From Octopus bimaculoides (lineage: Eukaryota): a stretch of 41,223 nt of DNA. Shown here piece by piece: positions 11,555 through 22,151 of the stretch. The notes beneath the pieces are model-generated. The model was given only the letters and a program-made list of their open reading frames with translations. It ran no database searches and was not told where the DNA came from. The DNA lies in NCBI RefSeq assembly GCF_001194135.2, contig NC_068984.1, positions 20,791,712 through 20,832,934 of the forward strand, given 5' to 3'. Position 1 is the first letter of the stretch; every line of letters begins with the position of its first letter. Position numbers and translations under genes: made by a program.

Positions 11555-11665
11555 GGGGGCGGGGAATTAATTTACTGATCCCTACAATCCCTGGAGGCTA
11601 TAAGACCATTCCAGATCTGTTTTCCTGTCGTGTGCATAAAAAAAAACAATCAATCAAAATGGCGG
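11555..11665 (+). promoter_or_regulatory. Possible promoter motifs: GC box and YY1-like site
   Basis: GGGGGCGGGG at 11555-11564; CAAAATGGCGG at 11655-11665; locally CpG-rich 11330-12050. Confidence 0.25.
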
Positions 11666-12049
11666 TGTAGGATACAAATCCAGCCGCTATACGAGTAGCA
11701 ATAAAATGTCTCTGGAAGTCTTCCTGCCATGACTAACAGAAAAGGCAGAGAAAGAAATAATAATGATAATAATTTATTGGCCACAAGAGCCGTAAAAATT
11801 AATTTAGAACAATGCAAAGACAAATAACAGTGTGGATATACGTATACACGAGCCGACAATAAACAATAACAAAAAGAAAATTGATAACAATGAAAATTCG
11901 CTATTGGGAGCGCACTACCCAGGACCAACTAAGGAATCCTGGATCAGCCCGATTATCAAGGGCTTCAACGAGAAGCGCTCCTTTCCCACCCGTTTTCTCT
12001 AACCTACATGCGCTAGCACAGAGTAGGCCCACTCACTCGCGTTACCCTG

Positions 12050-12181
12050 CTCTTTAACTAGTTCGGATTTCAAATTCCGCCTTTTATTTCCTTCTGAGAT
12101 CAATAAAATAAAGTACCAGTCAAATACTGTAATCGACAGCAACAACTAACCTCCCTCCCTTGAAAATTACTAGCCTTGCGC
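12050..12181 (+). mobile_element. Degraded SINE family A copy (first of a head-to-tail trimer)
   Basis: TTCAAATTCCGCC...GATCAATAAAATAAAGTACCAG...CCCTTGAAAATTACTAGCCTTG. Confidence 0.65.
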
Positions 12182-12363
12182 ACGGCTAAATGCTTAGCGG
12201 CATTTCGTCCGTCTTTACGGTCTCAGTTCAAATTCCGCCGAGGTCGACTTTGCCTTTCATCCTTTCAAAGTCGATTAAATAAGTACCAGGTACACACTGG
12301 GGTTGATGTAATCGATATAATCTCTTCCCCCAAATGTGAGGCCTTGTGCTTCCAGTAGAAAGG

Positions 12364-12420
<57 letters not shown>
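12182..12420 (+). mobile_element. SINE family A copy, 5'-clipped, with (ATT)n tail
   Basis: ATGCTTAGCGGCATTTCGTCCGTC...AGTTCAAATTCCGCCGAGGTCGACTTTGCCTTTCATCCTTT...AAGTACCAG...GTAGAAAGG(ATT)n. Confidence 0.85.
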
Positions 12421-12422
<2 letters not shown>

Positions 12423-12610
12423 GGCAGCGAGATGGCAGAATCGTTAGCACGCCGGGCAAAATGCTTAGCGGCATTTCATTCGTCCTTACGTTCTGAGTTC
12501 AAACTCCGCCGAGGTTGACTTTGCCTTTCATCCTTTCGGGGTTGATAAAATAAGTACCAGTTAACCACTGGGGTGATGTAATCAACTTAATCCCTTCCCA
12601 GAAAAGCGAA
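12421..12610 (+). mobile_element. SINE family A copy with intact tRNA-like head
   Basis: A-box-like TGGCAGAATCGTT, B-box GAGTTCAAACTCC, conserved GCCTTTCATCCTTTCGGGGTTGATAAAATAAGTACCAG. Confidence 0.88.
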
Positions 12611-12983
12611 ATTAAAAACCATTATTATCATTAGAAGTAGTAGTAGTAGTAGCAACGGCAGCAGCAGTAGTAGTGTATTCCTTCCCTTCATCATCAAAAC
12701 CTTAACTACGACTGTTATCCTACAAACGTCTCTATAACGAAAATGATCTCCACATCCAGCACCACATCAACAGTAAGAGCAGCAATAAGAACAATTACAA
12801 CGGCAACAATCACCGCAGATATCATTATTATCCGTCACCAACAACAACAACAACACCAACACCTCATCTACAACGGCAGTGACGTTATCAGTGTTACAAA
12901 TTACAACTTCGACAATGACAACAGGTGGGCGTAATCACTGGAAGTTGCTGACACCCACCAACACTACTAGATATCGTCACCGT

Positions 12984-13297
<314 letters not shown>

Positions 13298-14104
13298 TAG
13301 TGACAAGGCAACAACATCAACAGTAGTGACAGTACTAGCAATAAGTGAGAGCCTCCACACGGTCGTTCGATCGGCTAGAAGTTGCAGCTAAATCCCTTTC
13401 AAATCAATTCTAAATCGCCGCGAAAGAAAGAAAGACCGTATAAGATCATAAAAAAAAAAAAAAAAGAGATGAGAAAAAAAAGAAAAACAGGAAAAAAATG
13501 GAAAAAGTGAGCGGTCATGGTTGGCATGACTTCGATTATGGGGCTAAACACCAACACAAACAAGAACAACGAATAACAAATAGTGAACATAGTAACAACT
13601 ACCCCTCCTCCTATTTTCCCCAAATAAAAACTGTAGTTTCTTCCCTTCCATTCAGAACTCATGTCTTGTAAACTTCTCATCTCCTCTGCCTTAACATTAA
13701 TACTATCGTCAATCACCCCCTCTCTCTTTTCCATTTTCTCATCTGGAAAGCATTCAACAACACCCCCTCTCACAATACATTATCTCTCCTCTCTTCTTTC
13801 TCCTCCACCTTTTCTACTTTCACTTTCACATGGCAGCCATGTCTACCGGTTTCGTTTGACGACTAGACTTAACCACTTACGCGTCATATAATCACTAACT
13901 AAAACGTCACCTACTACAACGCCAACGCCACCATCGCCTACAATTAAAAGAATAATGGCAAGAAAAAAACAACTGCAATTACAATAACTTGAGGTACTCT
14001 CTGAGTGGTCGCTCGAGGTGTTAGAAATAGCAGCTAAATTTCTCTCAAACCGCTCTACCTAAAGAAATCACACTGGAAAATTAAGACCTAAATATCCCCT
14101 AAAA

Positions 14105-14401
14105 CAGGGGTTTTCAAACTTTTTGACTTGCGGACCCCTTTATATTTCAGGCTTTACCTTAGGGACCCCCTTATAAACGCTTATGAAATTTGTACATAAA
14201 TATTTGCTTAAAATAACATATATTTTTGCATTTATTTATTTAACAGTATTTAACAGATTGGTTTATTGTCAATTAAAAGATTTCGATTAAAAAACGTATA
14301 TAAAATCAAATTGCCCATAAAAAGTATTTGCTGTCTACGGACCACCTGTCTTGTCCTTGCGGACCCCCAGTGGTCCGCGGATCACAGTTTGATAACCCCT
14401 G
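14105..14401. mobile_element. Non-autonomous hAT (Charlie/Buster-type) MITE, 297 bp
   Basis: TIRs CAGGGGTTTTCAAACT / AGTTTGATAACCCCTG (15/16); perfect 8-bp TSD CCCTAAAA (14097-14104, 14402-14409, nnnTAnnn); subterminal GCGGACCCC motifs. Confidence 0.95.
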
Positions 14402-14894
14402 CCCTAAAACGACGAGATGATCATGGTATATGGGCTCACTCGTAGCCAAACAACTACGAGTATACTCTTGTTCTCACAGCGATACTAAAATCACTATGAA
14501 CAGCCACAACAGTCATTGCCAATAGCGATGCGACAGAAATAGAAGCTAAATCTCCCTCAAATTATACACTATCGTCTCAAAGAAATGAAGTACACATTGG
14601 TCAATGATAGTCTTAGCTACACAAAAAAAAAGAGATGATCATGGGTAGAATGGCTTTGGTCAGTTAGGACTGAGTTATGAGTAAATCAGCAACAAGAACA
14701 ACAACAGCATCGCTACTACGATTATTGATAGTAATATGACACCAGCAACAACAACAGCGATAACATTAAGAACATCATGACCACCACTAAAACCATCACA
14801 AAAATTTATTTCATCGCCTTTACTTACACCGACAGCAACATTCCCAAGCTAACAAATTTCTACCATAACCTCCACTATTATCACCACGTACGTA

Positions 14895-15302
14895 ATACAC
14901 ACACATATATATACAATCAAACATACATACATACATACATACACACTTACGTGTGCGTGTGTGTATGTGTGTGTATCTGTGTGTGTATGTGTGTGTATAT
15001 GTGTGTGTATGTGTGTGTATGTGTGTGTGTATGTGTGTGTGTCATATTACGTACGCGAAAACAAGATATTGCGAAATAATACAAACAGGATTCATTCAAT
15101 ATGTATGTATTTACGTATGTGTGTGTTTGTGTGTGTTCTGAGTGTGTGTGCGTGTGTGTGTTTGCGTGTGTGTGTGTGTGTGTGTGTGTGTACATACATA
15201 CATACATATATACATACGTAAGTACGTAACTACGTACGTACGTATGTATGTATGTATGTATGTATGTATGTATGTATGTATGTATGTATGTATGTATGTA
15301 TG
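14895..15302. repeat. Compound (CA)/(TG)/(TATG) microsatellite
   Basis: Direct inspection. Confidence 0.9.
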
Positions 15303-16652
15303 CATCAGAGACGCGCTGTCAGAGTACTTAAGGAGACGTAGTATCTCCTCTAAAACTATAAAATTATAAACACTTATGTTAAACATAAAATACTAGTGAT
15401 TTCTGAATTCATTATATAAAATGTATATTTGATAAATGCAGCGCATAATTCTGCGAAGGCCTAGTACTTTGATGATAAGACCCCTGGATGAAATTTATAT
15501 AGTGTGACGGAAGAAGAAACTAAATTGCTTTTCTTAGGAGTCAATACAGAAATGCGGAGTGTACTGTAATGATCGAGCTAATTTGAAGAGCCATAGTATT
15601 TCATATGAGGGTATAAAGTGGAGATATATGCATTCATATACATTTATATACATCTGTACAAGTATACAAACATACAAACATATGTATGCGCACATGTGTG
15701 TATGTCTAAGACAGTATAAAAATATAAATGAATAAATGTATTATGTTGTGGATCTGAGAGTATATATATATATATNNNNNNNNNNNNNNNNNNNNNNNNN
15801 NNNNNNNNNNNNNNNNNNNNNNNNNNNNNNNNNNNNNNNNNNNNNNNNNNNNNNNNNNNNNNNNNNNNNNNNNNNNNNNNNNNNNNNNNNNNNNNNNNNN
15901 NNNNNNNNNNNNNNNNNNNNNNNNNNNNNNNNNNNNNNNNNNNNNNNNNNNNNNNNNNNNNNNNNNNNNNNNNNNNNNNNNNNNNNNNNNNNNNNNNNNN
16001 NNNNNNNNNNNNNNNNNNNNNNNNNNNNNNNNNNNNNNNNNNNNNNNNNNNNNNNNNNNNNNNNNNNNNNNNNNNNNNNNNNNNNNNNNNNNNNNNNNNN
16101 NNNNNNNNNNNNNNNNNNNNNNNNNNNNNNNNNNNNNNNNNNNNNNNNNNNNNNNNNNNNNNNNNNNNNNNNNNNNNNNNNNNNNNNNNNNNNNNNNNNN
16201 NNNNNNNNNNNNNNNNNNNNNNNNNNNNNNNNNNNNNNNNNNNNNNNNNNNNNNNNNNNNNNNNNNNNNNNNNNNNNNNNNNNNNNNNNNNNNNNNNNNN
16301 NNNNNNNNNNNNNNNNNNNNNNNNNNNNNNNNNNNNNNNNNNNNNNNNNNNNNNNNNNNNNNNNNNNNNNNNNNNNNNNNNNNNNNNNNNNNNNNNNNNN
16401 NNNNNNNNNNNNNNNNNNNNNNNNNNNNNNNNNNNNNNNNNNNNNNNNNNNNNNNNNNNNNNNNNNNNNNNNNNNNNNNNNNNNNNNNNNNNNNNNNNNN
16501 NNNNNNNNNNNNNNNNNNNNNNNNNNNNNNNNNNNNNNNNNNNNNNNNNNNNNNNNNNNNNNNNNNNNNNNNNNNNNNNNNNNNNNNNAATAGAATACAA
16601 CGTTCCATTCTTAATACGTTGTGAGAACAAACGGTAATGATGACTTTTATTG

Positions 16653-17040
16653 TGGAGGCGCAATGGCCCAGTGGTTACGGCAGCGGACTCGCGGTTATAG
16701 GATCGCGGTTTCGATTTCCAGACCGGGCGTTGTGAGTGTTTATTGAGCGAAATCACCTAAAGCACCACGAGGCTCCGGCAGGGGATGGTGGCGAACCCTG
16801 CTGTACTCTTTCACCACAACTTTCTCTCACTCTTATTTCCTGTTTCTGTTCTACCTGTATTTCAAAGGGCCAGCCTTGTCACACTATGTCACGCTGAATA
16901 TCCCCGAGAACTTCGTTAAGGGTAATCGTGTCTGTGGAGTGCTCAACCACTCGCACATTAATTTCACGAGCAGGCTGTTCAGTTGATCGGATCAACTGGA
17001 ACCCTCGACGTCATAAGCGACGGAGTGCCAACAGCAACAT
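16653..17040 (+). mobile_element. Full-length tRNA-derived SINE family B, 388 bp (size and architecture like the octopus OK/OR SINEs; assignment unverified)
   Basis: tRNA-like head with A box TGGCCCAGTGG and B box GTTTCGATTTCC; 3' hairpin 16980-16998; (AAC)-like tail; 9-bp TSD CTTTTATTG (16644-16652, 17041-17049). Confidence 0.9.
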
Positions 17041-17429
17041 CTTTTATTGCACTAAATAAAGAATCCAATACATTTCCACTAAAAAACGTTTGTCTTAACT
17101 TCTAAATTTAAGCGAAGTCGACTCTTCTTGTCATACCTGTAAAACTTGCATTAGAATACCACCCTGCTTACAAGTGTTTCGAAAACTGTATTAGAAGGAA
17201 GGAAAAATTGGAATTAAATTCGACAGCAAATTTCTTACATATCTATCATTCGCAGAACATAGAACTGAACTTTAAAATATTCTAACCGTTAGAATAGCAT
17301 AATATAGAAAATAAGGCTGTAGAACAAAGTATGAGCATGAAAATTAGCCCCTAAAATCTACGAGAGACAAGTTTCTGTTATAGCGTTTAGAAAACATTCC
17401 TTCAGACAGTAAGGAAACATAAAAATATA

Positions 17430-17891
17430 AAATTGCAAATTGGCTTGCAGTAAGCAAACTTTCAAGAGCGGAGAAAGTTTCATTTTTGAAAGTAAAATGC
17501 GCCTCTAAACCTTAAAAGACGAATTTACAACTATCTTCCTAACAATTGCTTATAGTCCAGAAACATGGACCCGTGTAAGAGATCTAGTAACTAAGCTAAC
17601 AATCACTCTCATTATCACATTATACTTGAAATTAAGTAGAAAGGCCTTAAAAACTCCGAAATAGATCGAAAAAATCAAACGGAACTAAATCAAGTTCATA
17701 AAATCAGTGACAAGATAATTGGGCTGGTAGGGCCGTGTCCCGAGGATGAATGAAAATAGCTAACTGATAAAACTACTATACTGTAATTCGAAAGATTGCA
17801 AAAGGAACAGGGGACAGCAAAAAACAAAAAGAACGGCTGGATAAGATAGATATGACGAAGATTGGAAATCTAGGCAGCCAAAGTCGAAAGC
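17430..17891 (+). mobile_element. Highly degraded RTE-like LINE 3' fragment (C-terminal to the RT)
   Basis: Remnants AYSPETWT and LGW*GRVPRMNENS*LIKLLYCNSKDCKRNRGQ resemble RTE YGSETWT...W.GHV.RM...KR.RGRP. Confidence 0.65.
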
Positions 17892-18755
17892 GGATCTTTG
17901 TGGTTTCCGTCACTGTTTACAACTTTGTTCCAGATATTTCCAAATTTGGTATATGGATTGTTTTGTATGCTAATTATGAAAATGTCATTCATTTTTTTCT
18001 CTAAATCTATAATTGAAAAGTTATTTAGCCTTTAAAACTTGCAAAATTTGGGTATTTTAGCCAATCAGAAGTGAGTATTTTACACATCACCGTGGCGAAG
18101 AACTCTGTTTCCGTTGTAACCAAAGATGCTGCGCATGCGCACAAAGAGGAGAAGAGGATACGAGAAAGATAATCTACTATAATAATACTCTTTATGTTTT
18201 TCTCCGTCGTAACATGGATGAGAAAGGAAGGAGTGATGGCAAACTGGTAGTGGGAGCGTTTCANNNNNNNNNNNNNNNNNNNNNNNNNNNNNNNNNNNNN
18301 NNNNNNNNNNNNNNNNNNNNNNNNNNNNNNNNNNNNNNNNNNNNNNNNNNNNNNNNNNNNNNNNNNNNNNNNNNNNNNNNNNNNNNNNNNNNNNNNNNNN
18401 NNNNNNNNNNNNNNNNNNNNNNNNNNNNNNNNNNNNNNNNNNNNNNNNNNNNNNNNNNNNNNNNNNNNNNNNNNNNNNNNNNNNNNNNNNNNNNNNNNNN
18501 NNNNNNNNNNNNNNNNNNNNNNNNNNNNNNNNNNNNNNNNNNNNNNNNNNNNNNNNNNNNNNNNNNNNNNNNNNNNNNNNNNNNNNNNNNNNNNAAAATG
18601 TTCAAACTCTGAACACCTGTAACGTTTTTGCAAATATGTTTTTTGAATAAATGAATAACAAATTCGGATTCAGCGTCAAAAATTACATCTATATGATACA
18701 TTAAAGAATTTTTTTTATAGATAATTGTGAACAGTAACGAAAGCCACAAAGATCC
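17892..18755. mobile_element. Non-autonomous TIR DNA transposon, Merlin/IS1595-like
   Basis: 31-bp TIRs starting GGATCTTTGTGG (27/31 identical; 17892-17922, 18725-18755); perfect 8-bp TSD TCGAAAGC (17884-17891, 18756-18763); 331-N gap inside. Confidence 0.8.
18059..18141 (+). promoter_or_regulatory. Putative internal promoter of the Merlin-like element
   Basis: AGCCAATCAG (NF-Y-like) at 18059-18068 and palindromic TGCGCATGCGCA (NRF1-like) at 18130-18141, upstream of aacATGG at 18214. Confidence 0.35.
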
Positions 18756-18797
18756 TCGAAAGCTGTAATGAGAAAACTTTAAGGTTTTTATTCAGCA

Positions 18798-18870
18798 GTA
18801 TGTATGTATGTATGTATGTATGTATGTATGTATGTATGTATGTATGTATGTATGTATGTATGTATGTATA
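18798..18870. repeat. (TATG)n microsatellite
   Basis: Direct inspection. Confidence 0.95.
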
Positions 18871-19065
18871 GGCAAGTCGGAAATGAAAATAAAAACGAAG
18901 ACAGCAAAGGTCAAAAGATGTACACATTGAATGTATCAGGTTGACGCTCAGTTTAAGATGGGAAAAAAAGAGAGGGTGTGTGACGTTTTGAGCATGGCTT
19001 TTCGTCAGAAAGAGGAAGCGTCCGGAGAGAAGGAGAAATAAGGATAAATACAAATTTGTATTGTA

Positions 19066-19162
19066 GTTCCTACGCACGTTTCACCATTATGGTTGTTTTG
19101 AGCCCTGCACTAGGTGTCCCGAATGCAGTTGGATGCTCGATCACAAGGGATCATCAGGGAAC
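19066..19162 (-). ncRNA. Candidate type-I hammerhead ribozyme with long stem-II insert (family 2, copy A)
   Basis: Minus strand GTTCC-CTGATGA-(68 nt)-GAAA-C-GTGC-GT-A-GGAAC; stem I GTTCC/GGAAC pairs fully. Confidence 0.6.
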
Positions 19163-20155
19163 ACTTTATTAAATGCGCATCGGAACTATAATATAAACCT
19201 GTGTTTATCTTTATTTCTCTTATATTTCCTCTGTAGATAATAACTAGTAAGACCACTCAGTATAGAAGTTACTTAACAACTATACAGGAAGTAGACGGGA
19301 TTATAATCAGCCTCGTGAAGCTCTGAACATAACTGCAGTAGCCGTACATCTATTTGTAATCACAATTTCTACCACACACACACACACACACACACGCACA
19401 CATTTAGTAGCTCAATGTTACAATACGACTCAGTTTCACCCACTTCTGGTTCATCAGATAACGTGGAAAAAATATATGCGAGCTTTTTTACATAGTGAGT
19501 CATTATCATTCAATATAGCAACAGACCAATATAAGAACGCGTTACTAATTAATGGTTTTAAAGAAAAAAAGAATTAGATGCTTAAAACCCACACTGTATA
19601 TAAAGAGGAAGATATATGGTTTAATTCGCTATGCAAATGAAGTTAGAATCCCAATCAGAAAATATTTCGAAAACATGTGCGTTTCTATTTTTACATTGGA
19701 CATAAATGCAAAAAATTTCCAACCTTAGCTCACTTAAGGTTAGCTACTCGACAATAGATAACTTCTCTAATAACGTATCATCTATTAATAATAAGAGAAT
19801 AATTAGTAATCTATAATTTTATTCTGCTGCCATCAGTTTATATGACAAAATAACTATGGAAAGAAATCGAATCCATAATCTATTAGTCACACAGCATTTA
19901 TATTATCCGAAATGGATCGAAAAAAATCAAACGGAACTAAATGTTGTTAGCAAGTTCATAAAATCGTTGAAAACTATGGAATGAAATCGAAGAAAGTCTA
20001 TTGTATATGCATTGTATTATATTGTTTGAAAGATGATTGACTGATAATATTATGTACACATATTATTCTTTTATTCTTTTACTGGTTTCAGTTTTTCAAC
20101 TTCAGCTATGCTGGAGCACTGCCTTCAAGGATTTAGTCGATCATTTCCACTCTAG

Positions 20156-22002
20156 GATGTCCGGTCAATTCGTCGACGGCAATTTGTCGTCGTTTAATTT
20201 GTCCTTAGGTCAATTCGTTGAGATCATAGGAAAAATGGAAGAACGAATATCTGGATTAAAAAAAAAAAAAAACGTTTATTTTAAGGTTTGCTGTATTACA
20301 TATTTATTTTTTTTTTAAATTTAAGATTGTGTTCAATTGCTTTCAGAAAAATGACTTTTTGGCTTAGATCATATTTTTCTACGACATTCTTTACACGCCG
20401 GTTCGTATCTCTATTTTTTCTTTTGGCTTGGTTATTGCATAAACTTCTGCAATTTGATATTGGCAAACCTTCCCTCACATTTAATCACACCAATAAGTTC
20501 CAAATATTTGGATGACTAATATTTACTGTGTTTTTCAGCGCGCTGTGGTAGACTTCTAAACTATTTGTAGTACGAACAATGCCCGTCATACATCAATCCC
20601 ACACACTCCATATAGGTAATGGAAATGGAGGTTCAAGGCGTCGCCTCCTCTGTCCTCTTCCTTTAGGTGGTCCTATGTAATTATTTTCAAAATAGGATAC
20701 AACTGACTGTGGAATATTATCATCATCTACAAGTTGTTCATATCTATCTATGACATCATCAACCAGCAGGAAGGCAAGAAAAACTGCCATCTTCGTGATA
20801 TCTGTATTTTAGTCCTTCTTGCACAACATGCTTGTACACATTTTGTCCTAGATGTAACAAGCAGCATGCCGAATACGACCCAGGCAACGATTCCAGAAGT
20901 CCATTATAGGCTGCTTTTTCGAAATCCATAATTATATTATCAGGTCCCTCATTCTGCAGTAATTCATTTATTTTGGCAAAAAGTCTACTATATGTGTCTT
21001 GACTTTTGTCAGAGAGCAATGCGAACAATCGTGGGGCATTAAAATTATCAATTTGAATGTGAAGTATATATAACTGAAAAAATACGCTAGAGCAACACTT
21101 AAATGGTCCATCTGCCGCCCAGTTCTTGTGCTGTTTTAACTGTCGAAGTGCTTCGTCACTTGTAAATATTAGTATTCGTTTTGATTCTTCCATCTTGTAA
21201 ACACTGTCATACTGTAAAAACGTTTCCTCATTGTCAAGGTAAGAGTATTCACTTGGAATGGAAAACAAAACATATATAAGTGGGGTGGCAGGATAGTTGG
21301 AATCAGCTTGCCTCCAACGTCTAATATTCTTATTAAGCTGTGCAAACGGAGGTATTTGCGACCATATACAGTCGTTTAAATTCTGAACTTCACCAGTGAA
21401 AATTGAGCGAGGGGCATCACGAGATGAAATAGACTTTACTTTAATATTTGAAACTATTATCTTTGCATTTACCTCTGCAACAGTTGAAGCGTAATTATGG
21501 ATCCCAATCTTCTTAAGCTCTTTATAATTTTCATCTGTATGAAGTCTCGCCTTGCACACACGATTTTCGCACTTCCAGTATATCTTCAATATCTTCAATC
21601 CATCTGTACTCTACCTATTTTTTGTGTATATATCTTGATTGACTACTTTGATTTTTCCTTTCTCTGAAGTTATGATCTTGCAGGTAGTCATGTTGATGGG
21701 TAGATGTATTGAATAAATTTAATTCGATTTGCTTGGAAATCTTTGTTCGTAAACTGTTCAGCGCAGATACTTGAGAGAGGGGGGTAAAGAAAGGAAAAAA
21801 AAAAAAATTATCTAAAACTGTCCAATGACAATTTTAATTCTAAAGGGATTGTTCTAAACTTTCCTTCAAAAATCACATTTAATAGTATTTTTGGACGAAT
21901 TGACCAGCGACGAATTGACCTGGGGATGAACTGATCAACGACTGATTGACAGGGACAGATTAACCGACGACGAAATAACCGGGGACGAATTGTCCTAGCA
22001 CC
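20156..22002 (-). mobile_element. Near full-length decayed Mutator/MULE (Phantom-like) transposon, 1847 bp
   Basis: Imperfect TIRs built of ~15-bp GACGAATTGACC units (20156-20222, 21894-22002); degenerate 9-bp TSD CCACTCTAG / CTACTCAAG (7/9); internal transposase. Confidence 0.92.
20300..21691 (-). pseudogene. FLYWCH plus MULE DDE transposase pseudogene
   Basis: ATG 21691; IITSEKGK...*...YWKCENRVCKAR...H (FLYWCH); AADGPFK, IMDFEKA, CLLH; frameshift near 20780; FENNYIG, FPLPIWSVWD*, RTTNSLEVYH, HPNIW; 3' boundary approximate. Confidence 0.92.
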
Positions 22003-22115
22003 CTACTCAAGTACTAATTTTAAAAACTCAAGTACTTATTTTATCAACTTCAGTTTGTCGAGTGTTGGATTTTGGCAGTATAAACGTAACCGTAGACACA
22101 GGCGCACACAAAGAT

Positions 22116-22151
<36 letters not shown>

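Noticed and set aside
16653-16730. tRNA-like sequence
   Set aside because: It is the head of a 388-bp SINE with a TSD and tail; I see no complete acceptor stem, so it is not called a tRNA gene.
20037-20318. 93-aa plus-strand ORF with a hydrophobic N-terminus
   Set aside because: Runs across the MULE left TSD/TIR junction, so it is a chance chimera.
21894-21995. Short regularly spaced repeats resembling a CRISPR array
   Set aside because: ~15-bp tandem units with no unique spacers, mirrored in inverted form at 20156-20222; these are MULE TIR subunits in eukaryotic DNA.
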